From: Octopus sinensis
Lineage: Eukaryota
Assembly (NCBI RefSeq): GCF_006345805.1
Contig: NC_043007.1
Location: forward strand, 34,224,001-34,288,000
Direction of reading: 5' to 3'
Length of the DNA stretch: 64,000 nucleotides
Of the stretch, positions 11,449 through 24,624 are shown piece after piece. Position 1 is the first letter of the stretch. Every line of letters starts with the position of its first letter. The notes beneath the pieces are model-generated. The model saw nothing but the letters and a program-made list of their open reading frames with translations, was not told where the DNA came from and searched no databases. The position numbers were made by a program, and so were the translations under genes.

Positions 11449-13049
11449 CTAACACAGTAAAATAGAAGTTGTTTATGTATGAAGACAGAGAGATGTTTGT
11501 TTGTAATTAGAAAGAAGAGAAATGTAAACGTCATCACTTTTTATGATTCGGAGAGCGAAATCATTCGTTCGTTTTGGCAACAAATATAAGACACCAGTGT
11601 TCTAGATTTGCAACATAAATAGTAGCAGAAAGATGACTATATATTGAGATTAGCCGATTACTTAAGGCAATACGGTAAATATTCACTGGCGAAATTGTGT
11701 TATTCGGACATAAGAATATTTACTCTTGTGATGCCAGTTCAAACTTACAGTTCAGTAAACAAGGATTACACTTTATGCTTAATTGGCTATCTAGATTTTA
11801 CAACGGGCGTCTGACTATGAAGCATTTACGATGAAAGCATTTTTTTTCTTTCTTTCTTTTTTTTTTTTTTACAAATGGCTACGTTCTCATGACTACATCT
11901 TCCATGCTAACAATTTTCCGATAGATCTATAAACGATATTTCCAATCAAAATTAAGCTCCAGAATTAATAACTCCAGAATGATTGTTACGAAGGATTGTG
12001 ATTCAATGCCAATTTGGAATATATCTCAACGGAAAAGAATAGCTATCAGTAGATTAAATGAACTGAAATATATTATTACATTTATGCCAGAGAGAAACTG
12101 ATACGGGAAGAGTGCAAGAGAGACAGAGAAAGTAGCGGAGAGAAAATATCTCTGATAAATACAATTTAAGAACCTTCATTTAATATCTGATATTTTTATC
12201 GGCCATTGCATCTTCGTTTCCATGGCTTTGAGGACCACCACGACAGACGGAGGGACAATTGTGGTTAGTGTTTGCATGTTTCAAGTAAGCAACGTTAAGT
12301 ATATTAACTAGAAACAATTATGCGATGAAGTATAGAACGATATTAGTCCGTAAGTATATGGTATTTAGTCTTTCTGCAAATTCAATAGACAACTCTGTAA
12401 ACGTTTCGATATCATATCATCTTCTCAACGAGTAATGGAGCTTATCTCACTTTCTGAAGTAACGATCATGAACTAAATAGATAGGTAGCAATACATTAAT
12501 GTATATTTGAAGGTGAAGAGCAAAAGAAATATGGCGGAAATATAAGGCTTTTAGAAGTCATCCGGTGTTGAGTTTGGATTAAGTTAAGAGTAATCTTCTT
12601 TGTCGAAGCCTAAGATACATAACTCACAAACTCAGAGAACACTTTGATATTGTTTTTCTTGTTGTTTACCCCTGGTCAATCCAAAGGGAGCAGATTTATA
12701 ATGCAAGGCGTAACAAATGTGATCATTCCATCTTATGTTTTGATAAGCAGTATCTAGCAGAGCATCGTTCTCTGAATCCTTCCATACTTAAGTCAATAGG
12801 TTATGATTGACTGTTTTTTCTTCAAATATCTTTTTTATCATTTTCATATATTCTTTGTCAAAGTGACATTCGCCAGAAGATAATCGCAGAACTAGCAAAA
12901 GAATTCCTCCAAGTCTTCGTTACAAGGAAAATAGAACAGAATAAACAATCACTTCTCCCTCAGAAGTATAAAGCGGCTGTTTACTGTTGATGTAGGTTGT
13001 TGCACCTGTAACTTTATCAGAAACGACGACGCCTCTATCCATCGTATAT

Positions 13050-13105
<56 letters not shown>

Positions 13106-13387
13106 GAGAGAGAGAGAGAGTTTTCAATCTCTGAGCGAGAGATATGCAGGTAACAGTGCCGAACAGTAAAGTTCCCGAAGGCGGGAAACAACCCAGAAAC
13201 CTAGGTCTGTTAGCATCACGAAGGCTAGAGAAGGGAGCGATAAACTTCCTTGCTCATATTAAACAGACACAAACTGTGTGTCGGAAGCCAGCTGGAAAAG
13301 ATGGTTTCCTGGGGCTAAACAGTATTAACATCGTCCTGTTTAGGACTGCCACATTCGGTTAGCAAATAAACTTTACCATATATATAT

Positions 13388-13715
13388 CGAGCCCCGGGAC
13401 TTATTCTTTGTAAGCCCAGTACTTATTCTAACAGTCTCTTTTGCCGAACCGCTAAGTGACGGGGACGTAAACACACCAGCATCGGTTGTCAAGCAATTCT
13501 AGAGGGACAAACACAGATACACGAACATGTATCATACATATATATATATACGGCAGGCTTCTTTCAGTTTCCGTCTACCAAATCCACTCACAAGGCTTTG
13601 GTCGGCCCGAGGCTATAGCAGAAGACATTTGCCCAAGATGCCACGCAGTGGGACTGAACCCGGAACCATGTGGTTGGTTAGCAAGCTACTTACCACACAG
13701 CCACTCCTGCGCCTA
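13388..13715 (-). mobile_element. SINE group A
   Basis: Same head and tail as 33774. Confidence 0.9.
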
Positions 13716-13799
13716 TATATATATATATATATTATATATATACATGTCCATACATATATATATACATATATATATAACTGTTAAACTCTACACATTTTT

Positions 13800-13975
13800 C
13801 ACCTCTCTCCACTCTTAATTTTTTTTTCGTTCTCTCTACATTTCTTTTCCTCTCAATCCTCTGTGTCGAAGAGCATAGGCTCGAAACGTCTAAGATTCTC
13901 CCATTCTTCCGTCAAGCAAATAAACATCTTCGTTGTTTTCCCATCTGTTTTCGTCTTTTATTCCTTGTAAATTCG
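13800..13975 (+). repeat. ~200-bp dispersed repeat with a degenerate HHR-like motif (family H3)
   Basis: GAAGAGCATAGGCTCGAAACGTC; flanks resemble the 27340 and 39840 copies. Confidence 0.65.
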
Positions 13976-14097
13976 AACTATACACACACACATATATATA
14001 TATGTATATATATATACGTTTGCATGTATGTATGTGTGTTTGATGTACACCACAAACACATATGACATATGTATATAAATATCTATATATGCATATG

Positions 14098-14144
<47 letters not shown>

Positions 14145-15932
14145 ATGTTTGCATTTACAAAATCACAAGGGAAAATTTCAAGGTAATATCTAGACACACA
14201 CCTACACATTCATGCACACGCACACACATGAAGCAGCGACTCAATGATCATCTTTCTAGTTGAAATCAAAACACCCTTCCACCTTGAAAAATAATACACT
14301 CGATATAGTGTTCTTAGATGTCCTACGCCCGAAAAACATAAATGAGGGATATAATTAGAGTATCTGTGTATATGAGTCTCCTCGATCAGTGACAGCAACA
14401 AACACACATTTATAGACAGATAGGCTCGTATACAGACGTAACCGGGTCACATACGAATATACGATAGACAACGACACATACAAATCACCTATGTTAGAGA
14501 ATAGACATTCACACATAAAAATGTATCATTGATTGTTGTGCCACTTGACTCACCACCGTACACTGTTCCTCCTCTATATATTTCTCAGTTTTTCTCTGTC
14601 CTTTTCTCTTTTCTCATCCGTCACTATTTCTCTGCTATCCCTTTTCTCTGTCTCTTTTTCTACTCTATTAAATGCTGTGCAATTATATTGCATCGCAACT
14701 AATAACACTACAGTGCTGTTATCAGTGTTTTTTTTTAAATTGTTGTTGTTGCTGTTACAGTAAATTTTATTTGGAAGAGGTGTTATCGGAGAAAGATGAG
14801 GGAAAGGCTGAGCGGAGAGTAAATTTTAAAAAATGTTTCCACTGTTCTGGTTTTGATGAGGAATTGTTTTCCAGCGGAAATCTCTGCTGGTCACAGACAC
14901 GAACATTCACTGAGAGCAATTAGCCTGACATAGTAACAACAAAAACAATAGCAGCACCAATTACAAAATAATAATATGATAAGGAGGAGGAAGAAGCGGA
15001 GGAAGCAGAGGAAGAAGAAGGAGAGGAGGAGGAAGATATGTTATTGAAATTAATCATACCAAATGCTCAAATTGAGCACCCTCTACAATAAAACAAGCCG
15101 AAAAAAATATAATAAAATAAATTGCTTTAATAACTTTTTATGAAAACCAGAATGGTGCGCGACCTCTGGGACACCCTGTATTAAATTTAATATTAAATGT
15201 CCTTTTATCTCGGGTATGAGGTAAACATCCCGACGTTCCAGCATTCCAACTTCCCGATGTTCCGACCTTTCGACGTTTCGACATTCTCTGTAACTTATCT
15301 TTAAAAATGTAGGACAAAACTTTTATCCAGTAAAATCTTAATAACACAACAATTTTAGCTACACTGACACGTCAGATATTTGAACATACCAGAAAAAACT
15401 AACGTGATTTAAAAGAGGACATCAAAATCGAAGTAAACCATGTAGCGTTTTTACATTAAGTTGAAATAAACGAGTTTTAGCAAGAAAACCTGACAGCTAT
15501 TACAAAAGACAATAGATATTTCTGCTTCACTAATCGGCATCTAATTCAGCTGTGAACTAGAAAATTCCCATTAGCGATAATCTATCAGGTTTTCTGCTTG
15601 GAGTAACTTGACAACTTGACATGGAACATTTGTTGCAGTCCTGCTGGTTTTCAGCTATTGGATTGAAAGCATCCTTTCCTATTGTCTTCAAAGATTGTTA
15701 TGGAATATGTTGGCATCACAGGACTTTGTCGGACATTAATTTCGTCTTCTTAGTCAAGGAGGAAGATAACGTCAATGGTGGTCAAAGCAGATAACAAAAT
15801 TTTACAATGTATTTTTGTTCAGCGAACCGATGATGCCATCTCTACTGATGCACACACATGTAGTTGTGTGCATGTATAAATATATGTGTGTGTGAGTCTG
15901 TGTGTATGCACGCACAGACACAAACATATATC

Positions 15933-15969
<37 letters not shown>

Positions 15970-16173
15970 GAGAGAGAGAGGAGGAGAAACAGAGGGGCAA
16001 TTATGCGATTGAACAAATTAGATACATTAAATATATAGTTTGAGTATGAAATACAAAATATATATGTGAATGTGTAGGGTGTATGAAATACAGCATATAT
16101 ATATATGTGTGTGTGTTAATAATAATAATATAATAATAATAATAATAATAATAATATAATAATAATAATAATA

Positions 16174-17505
16174 TGACAACAAAAGAATGAATGAGACCTC
16201 GAGATCATGTAAAATACAGGAATTTATCTATAAATATAATATGTGACAATTAGCTGGTTGTCATAATAAAACTCAGAGTTTCGGATGCCGGGACTGAAGC
16301 CTGCTCCGGCATCTCATCAGTTATTAAGACAACCGCTATGAACAAAGCAGTTGAATTAAGGGAAATTACTCCAACAGGCATGGGGAAAGTAATACTTCAT
16401 CCACAGAATCCGCATATGCACATATAGGCACACATATATACAGGTCCGCACACACACACATGTATGTATATATATGTATATACATACACAGGTTTGTACA
16501 TGTGCATACAAATACACATGCATACACGCACATACACACGCATATATACACATACCCGCATCACTACCCTCAAATACACATCTCTACATGCACACACACA
16601 TACATATGCGGATATACAAAACGTAGTTTATACGCGCATGCATATACATACAAATAAAATCACATACGAAAAAACGCACGGATCATTTTGTTCATATACA
16701 CATCTCTATACGCACATACTCATACATACGCGGATATTCAAAACGTAGTCTATACGCACATGCACATACTTACGCGGATACACGTATATACAAATAAAAA
16801 CACATACGCAAAAACGCACATATCATTATGTCCCTATGCACATGCACATAATACGCGGATTCACGTATATACAAATAAAAACACATACGGAAAATACCAT
16901 AAACCGTAAAACATTCACATTCGCCGCAAAACATGAATATACAAATGAATTATATATGTATATACAGAGATACACACTCTTGTCTGTCAAACGCATCTAC
17001 ATCTGCAGATATATAAACGTATATACATACATACATATATGTATGAAGGAAGGAGACAAGTACCACAGGTAGAGTATTACACTCGTATATATACAATCAC
17101 TCCTACGCATGTATATATGCACGCATATACACATTTGATATATACTACACGCGTATATGGTTACACAATTATAAAGGGAGAAAAATAATATACAGAAAAA
17201 ATATATAAAGCAATAAAATATATATAAGAAACATATGAGATGTTAAGACATATCTGTGATCTTAGGCGGGGTCCAAAAACGTAGCAATTGTTTTTCCATG
17301 TGTGGACATGACCCAAAAAGTTCAGTTCTTGAATTTAGACATATCGCGAGGTTTAAAGAACATTTCCAGATGAGCCATCTTTCCATATCTCAAAGACAGC
17401 ACTTTCCACTGCCGTAGGTTAAGGCTTATACTTGGCCAAGATGTTCCAGTCTAAAGCTTACACTTGGCCAATATCTTCCAGTCTAAGGGTTACACTTGGC
17501 CAAGA
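16174..17505 (-). mobile_element. Penelope-like element 3' portion (endonuclease end, tail, HHR)
   Basis: Homologous to 52780-53790 (WKILAKCK..GSGKC.L; GTAATTTCCCTT, TTCATAGCG, GAAACTC.GAGTTTTA). Confidence 0.8.
16256..16334 (-). ncRNA. Type I hammerhead ribozyme (family H1)
   Basis: GGTTGTCTTAATAA-CTGATGA-GATGCCGG..CCGGCATCC-GAAA-CTCTGAG-TT-TTATTATGACAACC: stem I of 14 bp with one mismatch, GUU cleavage triplet. Confidence 0.85.
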
Positions 17506-17895
17506 TCTTGTCCAAGTGCAAGCCTTACACCTACAGCAGTGGAAAGTGCGATCTTTGCGATATAGAAAGATGGCTCATCTGTAAAAGTTCTTTAAACTCC
17601 TCTACATGTCTAAATTAAAGAACTGAACTTTTTGAGTCATGTCCACATTTGGCAAAATATTTGCTACCTGTTTGGACTCCTCCCCCTACCAAGATCACAG
17701 ATAGAACCTACTTTTTATATGCCCAAGTACAAGCCTTTCATATATCTTAACATCTCTTATATATTTCTTATATATATTTTATTGCTTTATATATTTTTTC
17801 TGTGTATTATTTATCACCCTTTATAATTGAGTAACTTATATGTGTGTCATATATACCGAATGTGTACGTGCGTGAATATAAACATGTGTACGAAT
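17506..17895 (+). mobile_element. Inverted PLE endonuclease-end copy (fold-back partner of 17105-17505)
   Basis: KCKPYTYSSGKCDLCDIERWLICKSSLN...RTELFESCPH. Confidence 0.85.
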
Positions 17896-17904
17896 GATTG
17901 TATA

Positions 17905-18135
17905 TGTTTGTATATGTTTGTGTATCTGTGTTTGTCTCCCCAACATCGCTTGACAATCGATGCTGGTGTGTTTACCTTCCCTTTACTTAGCGGTTGGGTA
18001 AAAGAGATCGATAGAATATGTACTAGGCTTCCAAAGAATAAGTCCTGGGGTCGATTTGCTTGATTAAAGGCGATGCTTCAGCATGGCCACAGTCAAATGA
18101 CTGAAACAAGCAAAAGAGATAAAAGAGAAAAAGAA
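17905..18135 (+). mobile_element. SINE group A, tail half
   Basis: CATCGCTTGACAATCGATGCTGG..CAGCATGGCCACAGTCAAATGACTGAAAC. Confidence 0.85.
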
Positions 18136-18547
18136 TAAAGATGAAGTATATTTAGTTTATGGAAGAAACCCTTTTTATTTTTTGTTCCTCTTTTACGGGA
18201 TAATATTTTCTTGGGAAACTGTGACTGTCTTCACTCCGCCCCATTACACAGTGTATTCAGGACTGTATTGTCTGTTGTCTCCTTTTGTGAAGGTGATACG
18301 GTTTGTTTTGAGGGAGACATGGCTACTACTTCTACAAGATCAAACAACAATGAAGGATTAACCTCAGCGCTCGAACTGCCAGAAATATTTGCAAAAACTA
18401 TATAGAACACAGTATGTGATGATGTCTGAGTGAGGTACCTCTAATCTGAAGGGACAGCCAGATATGGACTGCTTCAAACGTAGATCTGCTTAATCTAAAA
18501 TCGTAGCAGATGACTTGTGGCTCAACAACAACACCAACAACAACTGC

Positions 18548-18730
18548 GGTGGTGGCGCAATGGCCCAGTGTTTAGGGCAGCGGACTCGCGGTCGTAAGAA
18601 CGCGGTTTCGATTCCCAGACTGGGCATTGTGAGTATTTATTGAACAAAAAACACCTAAGCTCCACGAGCTCGGAGGTGGGGGGTGATCCCCGCTATACTC
18701 TTTCATCAGAACTTTCTCTCACTCTTTCTT
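18548..18730 (+). mobile_element. SINE head C, no tail
   Basis: GCGCAATGGCCCAGTG..GCAGCGGACTCGCGGTCGTA..TTCGATTCCC. Confidence 0.85.
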
Positions 18731-19027
18731 CTTACCTCTGCCACTAAGCAGAGGAACCATAGTGTAACCAACTATGGTGTGGTAAACTTTCAGACACTAG
18801 TCTAGATTGCGAATACTGTGTACCCCAGGATGGTTCAGCTCTCCACCCGTTGAAAGCCACCGTTTACGGAATAAGGATGACAACATAGCTTTCGTGCCAA
18901 TGCAACCGCCAGTCTATTCTGTGTGGTGGGTGGATATTCAAGTTGCCACACGCATTTTTAATGACTTAGGGTAGGCTCGAATTAGAGATTATTCTTTGTG
19001 GCTAATGGCATGAGTCCTGATTGGAAG

Positions 19028-19178
19028 ACGAAGAAGAAGAAGAAGAAGAAGAAGAAGAAGAAGAAGAAGAAGAAGGAGGAGGAGGAAGAGGAGGAGGAGG
19101 AGACGAAGAAGAAGAAGAAGAAGAAGAAGAAGGAGGAGGAGGAGGAGACGAAGAAGAAGAAGAAGAAGAAGAAGAAGA
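19028..19178. repeat. Compound (GAA)n/(GAG)n microsatellite
   Basis: Two-unit internal duplication of the purine repeat. Confidence 0.95.
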
Positions 19179-19760
19179 CAACTGCATAAAGACTCCTTTA
19201 TTTGCTTGTCTTCACATTTCTAAATCCAGTTGGTTTTCATAACACGAATACACCGACCTTGTGTTCCTATCTGGTTTGGTAATCTGTTTTATATTCTTAT
19301 AAAACAGATAGCCGTGTACATCTCTCATGGTTCATATAATTCCCAAGCATTATGCTAGTGGTAAAATAAGTGCTCGAAAACTAAAGAAAAAAGAATAATG
19401 CAATAGAGAAAACGAATAAAATGTTTGTTGGGCAATATTAGCGGAATCGCTAAAGTTATTATGAACTGAACGAAAAATTTAAAGACTTTCTGTAGGCTAG
19501 ACATCGAAATATCGTCGGAAAGGTCGAAATGAGAGATGGGTCAAGGATGTCTGAATGTCTAATGCTACATTGCTAGAAGATATTTCTGAAGGTTAAAACG
19601 GTACTCATAGATTCCTCACGGGTGTGAAGGAACGAAGAGAAGATTATGGAGTATAGTGTATGGAGTACGGTGTATGGCGTATGGAAGGTGAATAATCTAG
19701 AAACATAAAAATTAAGAAAAACAAACATAGAAACAAACAAGAAGATAAAATATTATGCAT

Positions 19761-19798
<38 letters not shown>

Positions 19799-21019
19799 AC
19801 AGATCAGGTATTATGGCATTTTCATCTTCTTCTTCGAGGTGTTATTAAAGAGAATTGATTTTCAAAACTTTACGATTTTGCCGTTCCACCATAAAACTAT
19901 GCTTTTTGTCTTTTGTGTTGTATTTGTTTTGTTTTGTTTTGTTTTGTTTTTTGTTTATCCTCATCATCATCATCATCAATATCATCATCATCGTCATGAA
20001 TATTACTACCATTACTACAAATATATCTAAGGTCAACCGTTATCAAGCACAATGGAAGGCCTCATTTATAGAGAAACGCATAGGGAATTATGTTTAACCG
20101 CTGAAAAGCTGATCAATTTTCCAGTACGAAATAGCAGCCAAACCTTCCTCCAATCCCACCTTAGTGTCTTAAAAAAAGGAAACCGAATCAATAATAACGT
20201 TTTCTGATTCATGCATAAGGCTAGCAATTTCAAGGGAGAAGTTAGTTGATACCTTCGACTCCAGTACTTGATGGGCACTTTATTTTTATCATCCCAAAAG
20301 GACGAAATACAATGTTGATCACGGAAGAATTTGAACTCTGAGTATAAAAGCGCCATGATTGAATAGCACCAGGAATTTTGTTCGACGCTCTAACGATTCT
20401 GCCAACCCACTGAACTTACACTGATAATAATAATTAAAAGAGATCAAAACAAAAAGACGGTATATACTGAACAGATGTTTAACTTCCGGTCAGTTCTGAC
20501 CGCAATTACCTGTGATGAAAGACACTTCAACCATGACCACCCTCTCATACTCGGTTTATCTAAGGTGAGATATAAGAGAGATTTAGCAGTTACTGAAATC
20601 CTCGATTTCGCGGACTGTTAGAAGGAAAGGTGCATTTGTTAATACTGAATGTAACCTGGGTTGCCTTTACTTAATAAAACGAACGGGATGGTCAATATTG
20701 GAATGCTTCTGATCATAGGTATGCTCGGTAATGGCTGAACCACAGTTAAAAGCAACAACATCAACAACAATAATGTCAAGCGATAAGTGGTCGTGAGGAG
20801 AAGCTGTTGCGTTCAGACCAAGTTCATATTGCCCTAGTATCCTTTGTTGTGGGGACAACCCAAATCGATGAATGAAGGAAACTATCACTATGATGATGGC
20901 AAAATGTCCTTTAGTTTCAATGACTAAAAGGCGAGCAAAAATGGCATTTAAACAATTTTTTATGTTAAAATTCTACATTGTGTAGCGCATATTCTTTCCT
21001 ACTCTATGCATAAGGACTG

Positions 21020-21386
21020 AAATTTTTGGAGAGGAGGCCAGTCGATTAGATCTACCCCAGTACGCAACTATTACTTAATTCATCGACCCCGAATGGATGA
21101 AAGGCAAAGTCAACCTCCGCGGAATTTGAACTCAGAGCATAAAGACAAACGAAATATCTGTTTCTTTATTACCCACAAGGGGCTAAACAGAGAGGGAACA
21201 AGCAAGGACAGACAAATGGATTAAGTCGATTACATCGACCCCAGTGCGTAACTGTAACTTAATTCATCGACCCCGAAAGGATGAAAGGCAAAATCGACCT
21301 CGGCGAAATTTGAACTCAAGTGTAGCGACGGGCGAAATACCGCGAAGCACTTCGCCCGGCGTGCTAACGTCTCTGCCAGCTCGCTG
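21020..21386 (-). mobile_element. Two tandem SINE group D copies
   Basis: TACTTAATTCATCGACCCCGAA..GAAAGGCAAA..AATTTGAACTC occurs twice. Confidence 0.85.
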
Positions 21387-22321
21387 CCTTATTGTGCAAC
21401 GCATATTGTATAAAAGATTCTTTTGTTTGTTTGTTTTCCAGACAATATAATAAAAATATCCCCGGTTTACCTTCAATTGCATTTAGTTTAACTGATTTTT
21501 GATAATAACGGTATCATCATGCCTGCAATTCATCCGTTAAAATGAGGTTTTAAATAGCAGCTGCATCACCTTTATATCAGACGCTATCACCTCAAAAAGA
21601 ACATTCATATTAGATAATGCGGTTCTAATTAATCCTAAAATTACAAGATATTCATAGATGAAATACCTTTGCTCATACGCCTATCTGCTCGATCGGGGTT
21701 GTCGAAGCTAAATATCTGCTAATGAATCTACAATCATACATAATCCGTAGAAGAAAACCTGGGATTTACTTTTGTTTTTCTTTTTGCAGAGGAATTTTTA
21801 CTGAATGAATACAAAAAAAACTAACCAGTTTTATTAGTTACCTTCGCCTTTTCAGTTCTCTACTTCTTTTGCTTGTCATTCCTCTGTGATGGATACAAAC
21901 GGTACCTAAGATGTGCTTTTAGAGCAGGGTTTCATAACATGAGGTATCTGCGGTGTGTAGTTATGCGTGGTGGCATATGAAGTGGAACAACAAAGAGTGA
22001 AAATGTACACGTTTTTTCTTTAATCGCTTTTAAGAACAGAATTATCAACTAACTCTTTAAAAAAGTTTTATTGGATTGAACACACTAAGAACTCTATTAT
22101 TTTACATAGCTAGACTTATCTTTTAGAACATTATAAGGAAATACTTGTGGGAACTGAATCTGGATTCAGTTCTCTTATCAATCAAGAGAAAAATCTAAGA
22201 ATCGCCTGTTTCACATGCAGGCCTATGGATCGCAATCAACAAGAAAGATCTAAGTTTTGATTGAATCATGAATGAAGAACTGGAAGAAAGTGATTAAAAT
22301 GCATATCCACAGTTACCCTTT

Positions 22322-22504
22322 TATTTGATTCGATCATTTGACTGCGGCCATGCTGGAGAACCGCCTTTAGTCGAGCAAGTCGACCCCAGGACTTATTCTA
22401 TCGGTCTCTTTTGCCGATCCGCTAAGTTACGAGGACGTGAACACACGAACATCGGTTAAGCGATGTTGGGGGACAAACACAGACACACAAACATATACAC
22501 ATAC

Positions 22505-22599
<95 letters not shown>

Positions 22600-22765
22600 T
22601 ACGACGGGCTTCTTTCAGTTTTCGTCTACCAAATCCACTCACAAGGCTTTGGTTGGCCCGAGGCTATAGTAGAAGACACTTGCCCAAGGTGCCACGCAAT
22701 GGGACTGAACCCGGAACCATGTGGTTGGTGAGCAAGCTACTTACCACACAGCCACTCCTACGCCT
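22322..22765 (-). mobile_element. SINE group A, full
   Basis: Head, (TA)n and tail are all present. Confidence 0.92.
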
Positions 22766-22912
22766 ATGTTGTGAACATTTATGTTTTTGAAATTACCCAG
22801 TTTTAGTTTGTATCTTATGCCATGTATCAAAATGATTATTTTAATTCAAATTGTTCACTGACAGTACACTACGTTGTTAAATTTAATACACACATACACA
22901 CACACACACACG

Positions 22913-22959
<47 letters not shown>

Positions 22960-23310
22960 TATATATTATATATATATATATATTATATATATATATATAT
23001 ACGGGTGTGTGTGATTGTGTATAGAAGAATATATTAATAAAAGGAATTCCAACCGTGTCTGATTTTCACGTTTTATTTACAATCTTATAATGGTATAATA
23101 TAATATAATATAATATAATATAATAAAATAAAATAATAGAATGTTAAATGTTCATTCTGATTGAACTAGTACTTTCATGCATTAAATTCTGCAATCTTCA
23201 GGTTCATGTAGTAGTGGTGACAGTCATGCTTCACAATTTTTGACTGTCAAAAATTGTGAAGCAAATAAATATATATATATGTGTGTGTGTGGTGTGTGTG
23301 TGTATGTATT

Positions 23311-23360
<50 letters not shown>

Positions 23361-24624
23361 CAGCTACTAGATGTTTAACTATTTAACTTTTCTTCATCGT
23401 ATGTATCATTATTTTTATAGAGGTTATAAGAAGGTAAATAGGCTGAGTTGTTAGCATATACGGCAAAATGACTTGTGTTCGCCGAGATCGACAATATTCC
23501 ATGGGGATCACTACAATTATTTACCCCCCTCTACTTAAAAGCTGTTGTTCTTCTGCCAAAATCTGAAAGAATTTTCATATTTGTTGAATGGTACCGAGCT
23601 GGAGAAAATGTTTAGTGACATTTCTTCAGAATTTTTACGCTCTGAATTCAAATTTCCCCAAGATCTACTTTGCTTTTCATCCTTTCCGGCTCAATAAAAT
23701 AAGTACCAGCTGATATAATCTGCTTAACGCCTTCCTTACAAAAACATTGCTGGCTTTGTGCCAAAATTAGAAAGATACGTTTTTGATAAAAGGTGTAAAA
23801 ATTAAACAAATATTTCGTAAGGGTGCGGTGCATAGAAAAGGTTTGACTTCTCTTTTCTAAAGACAACCTGTCGCGAGTGTTGGCGATTCATCTTGAGCAT
23901 TCTCGTGTTCAGAACAAAGAACCTTAGTCTTTTGTTTATTTTTGACAAAGTTATTAATGTCTAGCATTCATAAAATCTCCGAATACAGAAGAATCTTTCT
24001 TATCCAAAACTCAAATAATTGTAACTTTCAAGCAACCATCATCCAGAGAAAAAAATCAAAAGAAAATGTGTTGTTAATTAAAGTCAAGAGAATTTGTGTT
24101 AATTAATTAATTTTCATTAATGGAAAGAATGACTCTATCGTGTCTAAAATGGATCTTCTCAAAGTACAATGTTTATTTCACTGAATTTACAGAGCCTCTA
24201 TTTTACCAGGTTAATTAAATTAGTTCTTTATTTATATTATATGTTGATTTCTCCGTATTTCTTTCATATCTACTCTATTCAGAATATTAATGATACTAAT
24301 GATGTTTATACAGAGCTTTAATGAGCTTTGTATGATGCTACAATAATTTAAAAATTGATGATCTGAAATCCGGAGAAATTTAGTCATCCGGCAAAATTTC
24401 GGCAACATTGATATCGGATGGGAGGAGGTTTACTGTATATGGCTAACTGTCATGTATGTTAATGCGTTGGGTAGAAGTAATTGCTGTATTTGCACCGGCT
24501 TGCTGCACCCTGGGTTTAAGGACCACCCGGTTCAACGATCAAGATGTGAGAGAGTATAGGAGGCCGTTTACTGCATATTGCTGTGGTTAATATTTGTGAA
24601 GTTTGAAAAGCAGCGAGGTGGCAG

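Noticed and set aside
15060-15300. Lone Tc1-like TIR ends (GACACCCTGTA) and short TTCGAC repeats
   Set aside because: No partner TIR was found, and they are too short to classify.
21790-21900. Strong plus-strand acceptor followed by hydrophobic codons
   Set aside because: Early stops in all frames; it could only be a terminal or UTR exon, which cannot be supported here.
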